Source: a virus. From it: DNA of 64,000 nucleotides. How positions within the stretch are numbered: the first letter of the stretch is position 1; every line of letters starts with the position of its first letter. The position numbers were made by a program, and so were the translations under genes. Below, one piece after another: positions 29,264 through 38,906 of this stretch. The DNA lies in IMG/VR virus record IMGVR_UViG_3300035070_002905, positions 64,001 to 128,000 of that record; one strand, written 5' to 3'. The notes below the pieces were generated by a model, which saw only the letters and a program-made list of their open reading frames with translations, had not been told where the DNA came from and did not search any database.

Positions 29264-29497
29264 ATGGCAATTCTTGGAACAATCTTCGGCAGCCTCGGCA
29301 TGTTACTATCGGCAATCTCAATCCGCTTCGGTTGGATTATCATACTGGCTGCAGGCATCATCGACCTAATCAACGGAGCCGGCGTCGGCGCTGCACTATG
29401 GACGTGCACGTGGACCTTCTTCGTGCTCGTAGTTTGTGCGATTTTAGGCTTTATCTTCTCGGCTATCGTAACTGCAATCTCTGCTGATAATCTGTAA
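29264..29497 (+). CDS. Small membrane protein
   Basis: TAAGGAG RBS; strongly hydrophobic. Confidence 0.65.
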   Translation: MAILGTIFGSLGMLLSAISIRFGWIIILAAGIIDLINGAGVGAALWTCTWTFFVLVVCAILGFIFSAIVTAISADNL

Positions 29498-29532
29498 TAA
29501 AATACCTCTACCCCCAAATAAAAGGAATTACA

Positions 29533-31773
29533 ATGAAACTGACTGATACTCGTCAAATGATGGCCGACGCTAAGTTCTTCGAAGCATACTCTCGCTACAA
29601 CAGCACCCCTGCAGACTTTCTAGCAGGCACTGCCGGCTACGAGAGCTGGGAGACCTCAGTCAAGCGTGTAATGGATATGCACCGCACCAAGTACGCAGCA
29701 GAGATGACGCCTGAACTTGAAGAGATGATCGCATTCGCCCAGAAGGCATACACCGAGAAACGTGTACTAGGTGCACAGCGTGCCCTACAATTCGGTGGCG
29801 ATCAGATCCTAAAGCATAACGCTAAGATGTACAACTGTACCGTAAGTCACTGTAACCGTCCCGAGTTCTTCGGTGAAGCCATGCACATGCTCCTCTGCGG
29901 TGCCGGTGTAGGCTTCTCGGTTCAGTCACACCACGTCGAGCAGATTCCTCCGCTTAAAGCCCGTGGTAAACGCGCTAAGACATACGTGGTAGATGATTCT
30001 ATCGAAGGCTGGGCGAACTCGATCGACGTCCTAATCTCATCATTCATGAGTGAAGGCGCCAAACATCCAGAGTACTCTGGCTGTCACATCTCGTTCGACC
30101 TAAGCAACATCCGTCCACGCGGCTCATTCATCTCGGGTGGCTTCAAGGCTCCGGGCGCTGCTCCGCTACGTAAGGCCCTCGACCTAGTCGAAGCCCTGCT
30201 GGTACCTGTAGCCCTAGCCGGACGTAAGCTCAAACCGATCGAAGCCTATGATATCACCATGTACGCAGCCGATGCAGTAATCTCTGGCGGTGTACGTCGT
30301 TCAGCTACCATCTGTCTATTCGACGTGACCGACGAAGAGATGATGAACAGTAAGACCGGCGACTGGTTCAACAGTAACCCTCAACGCGGCCGAAGCAATA
30401 ACTCGGCGGTAATCCTACGTGACGAGATCACATGGGAGGAGTTCGAGCCAATCATGGAGAAGATCAAGGACTTCGGCGAGCCGGGCTTCATCTTCACCGA
30501 CAATAAGGAGTTCGCGTACAACCCGTGCGTGGAGATCGGCATGCTGCCTACCCTCGACGAGGATACCGACGGCATCCCTGCAGGTACACCGGGCTGGCAG
30601 TGCTGTAACCTAGCCGAGATGAACGGCGGACTGATCACCAGCCTCGAGGACTTCCGCATCGCCGCACGCGCCGGAGCGATCGTCTGTACACTACAGGCAG
30701 GCTACACCGACTTCGCCTTCCAGACGCCGGCCACCCGTGCCATCGTCGAGCGTGAAGCACTGATCGGCGTATCGATCACCGGCTGGATGAATAACCCTGA
30801 AGTACTCTTCAATGAGGAGAACATGAAGGAGTGCGCCGAGCTGATCCAGGCGGTAAACAAGGAAGTGGCAGCGATCATCGGGATCAACCCGGCAGCCCGT
30901 ACTACCTGTGTGAAGCCATCGGGCAACGCCAGCGTACTACTGGGCACTGCATCGGGCATCCACGGCGAGCACTCACCTAACTACCTGCGTCACATCCAAC
31001 TGGGTAAAGACACCGAGGTAGGTAAGCTGCTCGCCGAGGTCAACCCGGCCATGTGTGAAGACTCAGTCTGGACCGATGCATACTGTGTAGGCTTCCCGAT
31101 CGTAGCACCGTCGACCTCTATCTACAAAGAGGATCTATACGGCATCGAGCAACTGGAATACGTGAAGAAAGCACAACAGGTATGGGTAGAGCACGGCACC
31201 GACGTAGAACTGGGCGTCCACCCTAAGCTACGCCATAACGTGAGCAATACGATCTCCGTCCAGGACGGTACCTGGGGTGAAGTCGCCGAGTACGTCTTCG
31301 AGAACCGCTTCTACTTCGCCGGCATCTCCTTCCTAGGGGCTTCAGGCGATAAGGATTACGCCCAGGCGCCTAACGCCCAGGTGTACACCGAGGAGCAGCT
31401 GGTAGACATGTACGGTGCAGCATCGTTCTTCGCCAGCGGTCTGATCGTAGACGGCATCGACGCCTTCAACGGTGATCTATGGGATGCCTGTGCGGCAGTC
31501 CTCTGGAATCGCGAGATCCCAGTAGACAAGACGACCGTCCTACAGATTGACTGGGTGCGTCGCTTCAAGAAGTTCGCTAGCAACTACTTCGACGGTGACC
31601 AGGTGAAAGCCAGCTACTGTCTGAAGGATGTACAATACTTCCACAAATGGACTAAGATCCAGAACACTCTAGCGAGTATCAACTGGATCAACGACTTAGG
31701 CCAGAAGGAGTACACCGAGGTGGACACTATGGCTGCCGTGGCATGTTCAGGAGTAAAAGGTTGTGAAATCTGA
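29533..31773 (+). CDS. nrdJ: Ribonucleotide reductase, probably class II (adenosylcobalamin-dependent)
   Basis: YNC, GVGFS, GGVRRSATI, NPCVEI, CNLAE, CVKPSGN and C-terminal Cys pair. No C-terminal YY pair and no adjacent nrdB, so class II is inferred. Confidence 0.8.
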   Translation: MKLTDTRQMMADAKFFEAYSRYNSTPADFLAGTAGYESWETSVKRVMDMHRTKYAAEMTPELEEMIAFAQKAYTEKRVLGAQRALQFGGDQILKHNAKMYNCTVSHCNRPEFFGEAMHMLLCGAGVGFSVQSHHVEQIPPLKARGKRAKTYVVDDSIEGWANSIDVLISSFMSEGAKHPEYSGCHISFDLSNIRPRGSFISGGFKAPGAAPLRKALDLVEALLVPVALAGRKLKPIEAYDITMYAADAVISGGVRRSATICLFDVTDEEMMNSKTGDWFNSNPQRGRSNNSAVILRDEITWEEFEPIMEKIKDFGEPGFIFTDNKEFAYNPCVEIGMLPTLDEDTDGIPAGTPGWQCCNLAEMNGGLITSLEDFRIAARAGAIVCTLQAGYTDFAFQTPATRAIVEREALIGVSITGWMNNPEVLFNEENMKECAELIQAVNKEVAAIIGINPAARTTCVKPSGNASVLLGTASGIHGEHSPNYLRHIQLGKDTEVGKLLAEVNPAMCEDSVWTDAYCVGFPIVAPSTSIYKEDLYGIEQLEYVKKAQQVWVEHGTDVELGVHPKLRHNVSNTISVQDGTWGEVAEYVFENRFYFAGISFLGASGDKDYAQAPNAQVYTEEQLVDMYGAASFFASGLIVDGIDAFNGDLWDACAAVLWNREIPVDKTTVLQIDWVRRFKKFASNYFDGDQVKASYCLKDVQYFHKWTKIQNTLASINWINDLGQKEYTEVDTMAAVACSGVKGCEI

Positions 31774-31966
31774 TCTATGGCCCGAACTACAGTTCCCACC
31801 TATTAACCTGTGGAATGTCTGGCCGACTGAAGCAGCTGCCGACGTTCACCTACAGCACTTCATTAAGAGCTGGTACGGTGAAGAGAAGCAGTCTGCTCCG
31901 GTAGAACGGACTACGAAAATACACGAGGGTGCACAACGCATCCTCAACTATGCTAAGGGCGCCTAA
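31763..31966 (+). CDS. Hypothetical protein
   Basis: Fills the gap between RNR and the terminator; start uncertain. Confidence 0.45.
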   Translation: MKSDLWPELQFPPINLWNVWPTEAAADVHLQHFIKSWYGEEKQSAPVERTTKIHEGAQRILNYAKGA

Positions 31967-31982
31967 GGGCGTCCTTTTTCTT
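31955..31982 (+). terminator. Intrinsic terminator
   Basis: AAGGGCGCC-taag-GGCGTCCTT then TTTCTT. Confidence 0.7.
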
Positions 31983-31994
31983 GGGAGTAACAAA

Positions 31995-32324
31995 ATGAAA
32001 TTAATGCCTGACACTGTAGCAGAGATCTTCTCACTGCTAGACGTAAGCGAAATTCGACTAGGCGGCTCTGATCGCTACACTATTGATGTAACTGATCGAA
32101 TCACCGTTAGTTACCTGAAGAACGGTGGTACGTGGTTCGCCGACCTCCGACTGGATGATTGCTCCATCAGCCTGCCGGCAGACGATCGTGCAGCCTTCGT
32201 TAAGTGGTGGGACGACAATCATAAGCAGAAGATCGCCCAGGCCGTCTCCACCATCGAGCATGGACTAGACTGCGCCGTGCAGTTCTACCATGACCACGAC
32301 ACCCTACGAATCGAGGACTACTAA
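31995..32324 (+). CDS. Hypothetical protein
   Basis: GGGAG RBS before ATG 31995. Confidence 0.65.
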   Translation: MKLMPDTVAEIFSLLDVSEIRLGGSDRYTIDVTDRITVSYLKNGGTWFADLRLDDCSISLPADDRAAFVKWWDDNHKQKIAQAVSTIEHGLDCAVQFYHDHDTLRIEDY

Positions 32325-32999
32325 ATGAAATACATGGACGTATACGTGGCGCTGGACGCGCTAGAGCAGGCTAATGACTCTGTACAGGTAGTCTCTACCG
32401 ACTACGCTAAGGCCTACGAGCTGATCGAGCATAACAACTACCAGGAGGAGTTCGCTAAGGGTTCTCGTGAGTACGATATCCAGAAGTTCAGCATACCACT
32501 GGATACCATCTACTACATCGGTGGATCATCCGACGGCTACGTGACGCTGGTCTACTCGACCGACCCACTAGTCACCGAGCTAGAGTATCTACTGTACGAA
32601 GACCGTTACGCTGCCACCGACTGCTCTGGTTCATTCCAGGCGCTAGGCTGTACGCTACCGATGACCGACCTTAAAGAGGTGGTCATGAACATCTGGGGTG
32701 AGCGTCAGGCAGATAAAGCCCTACGCTTCCTCATGGAGAATGATCGACTCGACCTCTTCTACGAGATGGCAGCTCTATGGGAGCATCCACTCGATGATAT
32801 CGCCGAGTACTACGGTCTGGCTGACTCTACCTGGTGGGCGAAGGAGAAGGGGGTAGTGATCATGGATCCCGATGGATGGGACCGTCAGAACTACGAGTTC
32901 TCCTTCCAGACCGAGCTGATCGACGAAGACGAGTTCGACCGTCGACTGAGCATCTCTACCATCCTAATGTACGTAGAGAGGTCCAGATGTACTCAGTAG
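32325..32999 (+). CDS. Hypothetical acidic protein
   Basis: GAGG RBS; C-terminal IMDPDGWDR module. Confidence 0.7.
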   Translation: MKYMDVYVALDALEQANDSVQVVSTDYAKAYELIEHNNYQEEFAKGSREYDIQKFSIPLDTIYYIGGSSDGYVTLVYSTDPLVTELEYLLYEDRYAATDCSGSFQALGCTLPMTDLKEVVMNIWGERQADKALRFLMENDRLDLFYEMAALWEHPLDDIAEYYGLADSTWWAKEKGVVIMDPDGWDRQNYEFSFQTELIDEDEFDRRLSISTILMYVERSRCTQ

Positions 33000-33244
33000 A
33001 CATCGACGTGTACGTCACGGAAGACCACTACATATCAGAGGTCGAGAGTGACGAAGAACTGGCAGAGCTAGAGGCAGACTACGTAGAGGTAGAGAGATTC
33101 TCTGCTATCGTACCTGAGGATATGATCGAGAAGATCGTCTCCGACAAGCTCAAGACCCTTAAACCATGCGATCTACCCTACGAACTGCGTCGAGCAGTAG
33201 AACTAGAGTACGAGCGCAACAACTACCCTGAAATCTCATACTAA
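32987..33244 (+). CDS. Hypothetical protein
   Basis: GAGG RBS before ATG 32987. Confidence 0.6.
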   Translation: MYSVDIDVYVTEDHYISEVESDEELAELEADYVEVERFSAIVPEDMIEKIVSDKLKTLKPCDLPYELRRAVELEYERNNYPEISY

Positions 33245-33253
33245 GGACAGTAT

Positions 33254-33652
33254 ATGATCTATAAACTAACTATCGGCGACTACTGGGATGACGGTCACGG
33301 TAAATATAAACTGATGTACGTGGACTGCAACATCGAAGACCCTAAAGCCATCAACGATGCTGTACTATCGGTCGGTAAGATGATCGGTCTGTGCATCTAC
33401 AATGATATCTGCTGCGAATACGAAGAGGGCTGGATCAACCGCGAGAATGCTGCACGCTTACTAGAGCACGGCATCGACGTGGCCGAGCTGGCAGAGTACG
33501 ACGAGGAAGATCGCTACTACATGCACTATGAAGCTATGGTGCACCTCTACATGGCATACGCAGAGATCCACTTCCCGGAGCTAGAGTATGAAATCGTTAA
33601 AGACCAGGCCACCAGCCTCGGCGATCAGTTCGGCTACGGCCTCTTCTACTAG
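33254..33652 (+). CDS. Hypothetical phage protein
   Basis: TAAGGA RBS; IGDYWDDGHGK...GYGLF. Confidence 0.7.
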   Translation: MIYKLTIGDYWDDGHGKYKLMYVDCNIEDPKAINDAVLSVGKMIGLCIYNDICCEYEEGWINRENAARLLEHGIDVAELAEYDEEDRYYMHYEAMVHLYMAYAEIHFPELEYEIVKDQATSLGDQFGYGLFY

Positions 33653-33776
33653 GTGTACCAATGACTGCAGACGTGAAGGAGACCACTGCCGAACATGTGG
33701 AAAGACCTTGGAAGAAATGCGGGCTGCTCGTAGGGCGCGAGCGAGACGACAGCCCTCTGTTAGACGAGGTGATTAA

Positions 33777-34460
33777 ATGTATAACGAAATGCCCTGGGAC
33801 TACCGAGTGTATCCCGGAGATCCATCAATACGTTACCGATCCAGAAGAGGAGACCTAGAGTACTTCCGAGAGGATCTCGCCGCCATGGGGTTCGTCCCCG
33901 GCGACGACGATCAGTTCCCTCGAGAGTTCACTACCGACTACACTGACAACGACTGGGTGCCCCGTGGCGAGACGTACACCCCTGACAACGACCGAGAGTG
34001 GCAGGCAGTGCGCTCGGGCTGTAACGCAGACGTACAGAGCTCTGAGGACTACGAGTGGGAAGATTTCATCGAGGACCTCGGGCTAACCGACCACGTGTAT
34101 CGCGGTCGACTGCCCGACCTCAACTTCGACTCAGACCTATCAGCTGCAAGTATAGAGCTGTTATCTAGGGGTATACCAGCGGACGAGTATATCTTCAACC
34201 AAATGAAAAAAGAGGGATCTACATGGACACCAAGGAGTTCATTCATGTCTTCGATAAACTACGACGCTTTATGGATATCCATTCAAGAGGCACAGCAGAG
34301 GAAATCTCTTTCTCTGAATACAACGGACAGTTCTACCTCGTGGGTACAAACGGGTACGAGTCCGAGTACGGGAGCGACGCTCACCATGAACGGCATGAAG
34401 TTACCGTACCCGGCGACTTCTTTGAGCGGATTGACGAGTACACTGGTGCACTGCTCATAG
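33777..34460 (+). CDS. Hypothetical acidic protein (3' end overlaps the next gene)
   Basis: GAGGTG RBS. Confidence 0.55.
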   Translation: MYNEMPWDYRVYPGDPSIRYRSRRGDLEYFREDLAAMGFVPGDDDQFPREFTTDYTDNDWVPRGETYTPDNDREWQAVRSGCNADVQSSEDYEWEDFIEDLGLTDHVYRGRLPDLNFDSDLSAASIELLSRGIPADEYIFNQMKKEGSTWTPRSSFMSSINYDALWISIQEAQQRKSLSLNTTDSSTSWVQTGTSPSTGATLTMNGMKLPYPATSLSGLTSTLVHCS

Positions 34461-34567
34461 AGCGGCATCTAGAGCGAGAGCTCAAAGCAGAGCAGGCCCG
34501 TAAGAACCAGGAGGAGCGTGACCTGGCTGAACTACAACGACTACAGGAGAAGTATAATGCCAAGTAG
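34223..34567 (+). CDS. Hypothetical protein with C-terminal coiled coil
   Basis: Ends ELQRLQEKY, like the next gene. Confidence 0.65.
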   Translation: MDTKEFIHVFDKLRRFMDIHSRGTAEEISFSEYNGQFYLVGTNGYESEYGSDAHHERHEVTVPGDFFERIDEYTGALLIERHLERELKAEQARKNQEERDLAELQRLQEKYNAK

Positions 34568-34949
34568 AGCACAACTAGTGCAGATCCTAGATGGGTTTGC
34601 ACACGAGTGGATAGAGGAGCGTCTATACGAGCTCGCACGTATCCGTCACGGTAAATGTATCATCGGCATAGAGGATGTCTACTACGAAGCCGATCAGGCC
34701 TACGGACGTGCATACGAGGACGGCGGAGACTGTCATCCTACCGTAGCCTGGGTGAATGCAGGGGTAGACGAACTGCTCAGCTCAGAGGCAGCCCACGAGT
34801 CCTGGATGGAGCAACAGCGCATCGAGGCAGAGAAGGAGCGTCAGCGTCAGGAGGGCCTGCGAGCTCTAGCGGCGCAGCGTACCGAAGAGCACGAACGTGA
34901 ACAACTACGCAAACTAAAGGCTAAGTATGAGACAACTACTAGTAAATAG
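34557..34949 (+). CDS. Hypothetical protein with C-terminal coiled coil
   Basis: AGGAG RBS; ends EQLRKLKAKY. Confidence 0.65.
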   Translation: MPSRAQLVQILDGFAHEWIEERLYELARIRHGKCIIGIEDVYYEADQAYGRAYEDGGDCHPTVAWVNAGVDELLSSEAAHESWMEQQRIEAEKERQRQEGLRALAAQRTEEHEREQLRKLKAKYETTTSK

Positions 34950-35310
34950 CATCAAGTGCCCGGACGGCACCGTCCTGACCAGTCGACACGTCCACGACTT
35001 CCAGAGCCACACCCAGGAAGACGGCCGTGAGTATTTCGTAGACGGTGGCTGCCACTACCAACGTATCGGTTACTCTGATGAGGAGTACCTGGACTGCAGC
35101 CTGTACAGCGATGACCCTCACGAGGTGATCCGAAGCAAGTTCATCTGGACATCCTTCGGTCGCTCGGGTAAAGAGGAGCCTATTCACACTGCACTGGAAG
35201 ACATCGGACGTGCACACTTGAAGGCTCTGCTGAACTGGCCTACCAGTCAGACCATGCGTCAGGTCTTCCAGGCCGAGTGGCTATACCGTGGAGGCGAGAA
35301 GCTATGGTAA
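34927..35310 (+). CDS. Hypothetical phage protein, possible metal-binding
   Basis: N.IKCPDG..L.SRHVHDF...VDGG..Y motif. Confidence 0.65.
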   Translation: MRQLLVNSIKCPDGTVLTSRHVHDFQSHTQEDGREYFVDGGCHYQRIGYSDEEYLDCSLYSDDPHEVIRSKFIWTSFGRSGKEEPIHTALEDIGRAHLKALLNWPTSQTMRQVFQAEWLYRGGEKLW

Positions 35311-35663
35311 TCTATTACCATGTATGTGATGGCGGTGATGGCTCCTCTCACGTACGCTTCTTCGACTCGGCTGAGGCCGCAAAGATAGACATGGAGCAAA
35401 CCATAGCCATCGACGGGTACAGCGTGAGCGATGGCACCGAGTTCTTCGAAGCCGAGAATGTCACCGGTCTGCGTATATCTACGCTCGATGATATGCTTCG
35501 AGGATCTAACGGCGGTCCATACGAACTGGCTAGCTGTCCTTACTGCGACGAGCAAGTCAGCTGGTGGTCTCGCAACCGTATCTGGCGCTGCCAAGCTAAC
35601 TGTGACAAATCTGCCGAAGATTGGCGTCGTCACAAATACCTAACCGACGAGGATGTCCTATGA
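35304..35663 (+). CDS. Hypothetical protein with C-terminal Zn ribbon
   Basis: DGGDGS motif; CPYC...CQANC. Confidence 0.6.
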   Translation: MVIYYHVCDGGDGSSHVRFFDSAEAAKIDMEQTIAIDGYSVSDGTEFFEAENVTGLRISTLDDMLRGSNGGPYELASCPYCDEQVSWWSRNRIWRCQANCDKSAEDWRRHKYLTDEDVL

Positions 35664-35965
35664 TCATCCGCATCCACCTCGACGAGGAACACCTCGACGG
35701 CTCTCGTATTGTACCACTGGACTGTGCACGCAGACTGGTAGACAACCTAGAGAGCTTCGACACGTTCTGCACCGAGTTCTTTCAACCACGCTTCCTAGAG
35801 ATGGGATACGACGTCCACGTACTAAGCGAAGACGGTATCATCACTCTAAGCGAGCTAATGGATAACACCCACCCTTACATCAACAAGGAAATGCGCCGAG
35901 CACACGACACCAGGAAGATGCTCGTAGCCGGTGCGTTTACACCTAAGCCAATAGAGGACTACTAA
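35660..35965 (+). CDS. Hypothetical protein
   Basis: ATGA overlap, GAGG RBS. Confidence 0.6.
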   Translation: MIIRIHLDEEHLDGSRIVPLDCARRLVDNLESFDTFCTEFFQPRFLEMGYDVHVLSEDGIITLSELMDNTHPYINKEMRRAHDTRKMLVAGAFTPKPIEDY

Positions 35966-36405
35966 TGCGCACTAGACAAGGATTCGTCAGCAACTCATCT
36001 TCATCTTCATTCCTAATCTACGGCTTCGAGATGAAACCTGAACTCATGGCAGACTACATCGAGACTCTATCAACAGAAGAGATCGCTGCGCAGCTGCAAC
36101 GAGTTTACACAAATCGTAATAAAACGTTAGAAGTACTATGTGAGGAAGCAGCCGCTATGTCCACCGAAGAGCTAACGGATTGGTTCTCCGACGACATGTG
36201 GGATTTCGCTAACACGCTAGGTCTAGACTATGAGTCAACAGATTATGGCCCAGGCCTCATCGGTGTTAGTACGGATCCAACCTGCCTCTCACTCAACGAG
36301 TCGCTTAACGGCTGGCTCACCGCAGCAAACAAGCAGAAGGTCGACGATCTGGCAGCAGACTTCGGCGTACCAACTACACTAATTGGAGATGTATCATATG
36401 GCTAG
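35965..36405 (+). CDS. GFVSNSSSSSF-motif protein 1
   Basis: Begins MRTRQGFVSNSSSSSF. Confidence 0.8.
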   Translation: MRTRQGFVSNSSSSSFLIYGFEMKPELMADYIETLSTEEIAAQLQRVYTNRNKTLEVLCEEAAAMSTEELTDWFSDDMWDFANTLGLDYESTDYGPGLIGVSTDPTCLSLNESLNGWLTAANKQKVDDLAADFGVPTTLIGDVSYG

Positions 36406-36835
36406 AACACGCCAAGGCTTCGTAAGTAACTCAAGCAGCTCATCATTCATCATCGGCCTAGGTGTCGCTGTAGACCCTGAGGCCCTTAAAGACATCGGCT
36501 ACGGCATCAACACGCGTCAGCTCTGCGATATCTTTGAGAATCCAGGTTGGGAGATTGATGTTAAGACTCGCGGCGATCGTATCTACCTCGAGATGGAGTC
36601 TTTCACCTACAATACGGTAGAGCTAGACGTTACCGAGGTACCGCCAGATTCAGACATCGCGATCGTCTACGCGACTGGTCATGATGATTCAGACTTCTGG
36701 AACGGTGACGACTACGACTACGATAGCGATAACTGGGAGCTGGAGGGCCATCAGGAAGAAGCTCTTAAGGCACTCGAAGACGATGAGCTAATCGAATTCG
36801 GTACGTATGAAATCGGCGCAGGCCGCAACGGTTAA
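36398..36835 (+). CDS. GFVSNSSSSSF-motif protein 2
   Basis: Begins MARTRQGFVSNSSSSSF; GGAG RBS before ATG 36398. Confidence 0.8.
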   Translation: MARTRQGFVSNSSSSSFIIGLGVAVDPEALKDIGYGINTRQLCDIFENPGWEIDVKTRGDRIYLEMESFTYNTVELDVTEVPPDSDIAIVYATGHDDSDFWNGDDYDYDSDNWELEGHQEEALKALEDDELIEFGTYEIGAGRNG

Positions 36836-36844
36836 GGATAGACC

Positions 36845-37273
36845 ATGAGAACAAGACAGGGATTTGTCAGCAATAGCTCCAGCAGTAGCTTCTTACTGTA
36901 CGGTTGGTCAATGGATACGGCGGACGCTCTTCCGTATCTATGGGAGGCCGAGGATGACTTCATAGATCACCTCAAGCGCCACCATAACCTCCGCGATAAA
37001 TCGGAGGAGTACATCAAGGAACTGATGGAGAAGCCTGCAGAGGAGATCTACCAACACCTAGACTATGATACCTGGTGTCTATTCGAACCCTTTGCGGCAG
37101 AGCAGGGCGAAGACATAGTATACTTCGGATATAATCTAGGCAATCCCGAGTACATGAACGTCCAGCAACTAATGGAACCTCTGCTGACCCTTGAGATCAT
37201 GCAAGAGGTTGACGATGCGGCGGCCATTGCCGGTCAACGAGCTTCCGTGTACGGAGGCACCGTCTACAACTAG
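36845..37273 (+). CDS. GFVSNSSSSSF-motif protein 3
   Basis: Begins MRTRQGFVSNSSSSSF. Confidence 0.8.
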   Translation: MRTRQGFVSNSSSSSFLLYGWSMDTADALPYLWEAEDDFIDHLKRHHNLRDKSEEYIKELMEKPAEEIYQHLDYDTWCLFEPFAAEQGEDIVYFGYNLGNPEYMNVQQLMEPLLTLEIMQEVDDAAAIAGQRASVYGGTVYN

Positions 37274-37281
37274 GAGATAGA

Positions 37282-37695
37282 ATGAGGACACGCCAGGGCT
37301 TTGTAAGCAACTCGTCGTCCTCTTCCTTCATCATCGTGACTCACTCAGAGAATATCCATCCGGATGTCGTGGGTGATGTCACGTGGTTCGATGAGGATAG
37401 AGTGCGTGAAGAGATTAAAGAGGTCTACGGATGGGATGTCGTAGATACGTTATACAACGAGTGGTTCGATAAGAATCCTCACCGAGAAGATCCACCCTCT
37501 ATGTGGGATAAGTGGTCTACCCTATCTGAAGAAGAGCAGTGGAAGCGCTTATTTAATATACCTGAAGCCCGCGAACTGTACGACTATATGATGGACGCAC
37601 TGGACGCCGGGGACTTTGTAGCTGAAGTCGAGATGGACTATAACGACCCGAGCGAACCCATCCGACAACACCATGAAATTATTAAGGAATACTAA
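37282..37695 (+). CDS. GFVSNSSSSSF-motif protein 4
   Basis: Begins MRTRQGFVSNSSSSSF; TAATG-coupled to the radical SAM gene. Confidence 0.8.
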   Translation: MRTRQGFVSNSSSSSFIIVTHSENIHPDVVGDVTWFDEDRVREEIKEVYGWDVVDTLYNEWFDKNPHREDPPSMWDKWSTLSEEEQWKRLFNIPEARELYDYMMDALDAGDFVAEVEMDYNDPSEPIRQHHEIIKEY

Positions 37696-38882
37696 TGATT
37701 AATCCAAAGAAACACATCCTACCTGAAGCAATGCTGAAAAACTGTGAAGTATTCTACTCTGGCCACGGCGTGACCATCTACCAGGCAGGCGAGTGGCGCT
37801 TCGCCCGTTCTGAAGCGTACAACTACGACTACAACACGGTAGACGGCTTCTTCCGTCGCTGGGGTGCCACGCTAGACGAAGACCCTACCTTCGCACCACT
37901 TAACGAGATCCTCGACATCGAGGTGACCACCATTTGTAACGGTCCGGCTAACCGTCTGTGTTCCTTCTGTTACAAAAACAATAACCCTAACGGCTACAAC
38001 ATGCCACTGGCAGACTTCCAGGCGGTAATCGATAAGATGCCCTGGTTGACTCAGTGTGCACTAGGCGCCGATGCTCAGGGTACAACCAACCCCGACCTCA
38101 TCCCGATGATGCAGTACGCACGCAGTAAGGGTATCATCCCGAACCTGACGATCGCCGATGTAAGCGAGGAGGTTGCCGAGCAGCTAGCTTCAGTCGCCGG
38201 AGCTGTAGCTGTGTCTGTGTACCGACATGCAGGCTACGACGTCGCGTATGACTCTGTGAAGCGTCTAACCGACGCAGGCATGACTCAGGTCAACTTACAC
38301 TTCATGATCTCTCAGAGAACGTTAGAGGACGCCTATGAGGTATGTCGAGCCATTAAAGAAGATCCTCGTCTTGCTAATGTCAACGCCGTCGTATTTCTCA
38401 GCCTTAAACAGAAAGGCCGTGGACAGCGACACGAGTACGTTACTGAGACTGAATACAAGGAACTGGTGGATCACTGTCTGGCAGAAGGCATTCCCTTTGG
38501 CTTTGACAGCTGTTCTGCTCCTATATTTCTGGGCGCAGTTCGTGAGCATCCATCGTATGATCGTTTCCGCGAAATGGCAGAAGACTGTGAGTCAACCCTC
38601 TTCAGTTCATACATCAACGAACACGGACACTTCTTCCCTTGCTCCTTTACCGAGAAGTGGGTCGAAGGTGGATGGCTAGAAGGCATCGACGTGCTGGCTG
38701 CCGATGACTTCGTGACCGACGTATGGAATCACCAGCGTACCTGCGACTTTAAAGACGTCCTACGCGATAACACCGATGACCTTGGCTGTCGTCAGTGCCC
38801 GGCGTACGATGTGTGCGGTCGTCCGACTCGAGTGTACGATAGTGAAGTAGAAATTGTTGACTTGACTAGCTACAAGCGATAA
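37695..38882 (+). CDS. Radical SAM enzyme with SPASM/twitch-like C-terminal domain
   Basis: IEVTTICNGPANRLCSFCY (CX7CX2C); C-terminal CES...YINEHGHFFPCSF and CRQCPAYDVC. Confidence 0.85.
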   Translation: MINPKKHILPEAMLKNCEVFYSGHGVTIYQAGEWRFARSEAYNYDYNTVDGFFRRWGATLDEDPTFAPLNEILDIEVTTICNGPANRLCSFCYKNNNPNGYNMPLADFQAVIDKMPWLTQCALGADAQGTTNPDLIPMMQYARSKGIIPNLTIADVSEEVAEQLASVAGAVAVSVYRHAGYDVAYDSVKRLTDAGMTQVNLHFMISQRTLEDAYEVCRAIKEDPRLANVNAVVFLSLKQKGRGQRHEYVTETEYKELVDHCLAEGIPFGFDSCSAPIFLGAVREHPSYDRFREMAEDCESTLFSSYINEHGHFFPCSFTEKWVEGGWLEGIDVLAADDFVTDVWNHQRTCDFKDVLRDNTDDLGCRQCPAYDVCGRPTRVYDSEVEIVDLTSYKR

Positions 38883-38906
38883 ACTCACCCGGTTCAAGGA
38901 GGAACC

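Noticed and set aside
29533-31773. Intein or intron in the RNR, or class Ia assignment
   Set aside because: Continuous ORF of ordinary length without intein motifs; no YY pair or neighbouring nrdB, though nrdB elsewhere in the genome cannot be excluded.
35965-37330. Ser runs as DNA microsatellites
   Set aside because: Codons differ among the four copies, so the repeat is at protein level.
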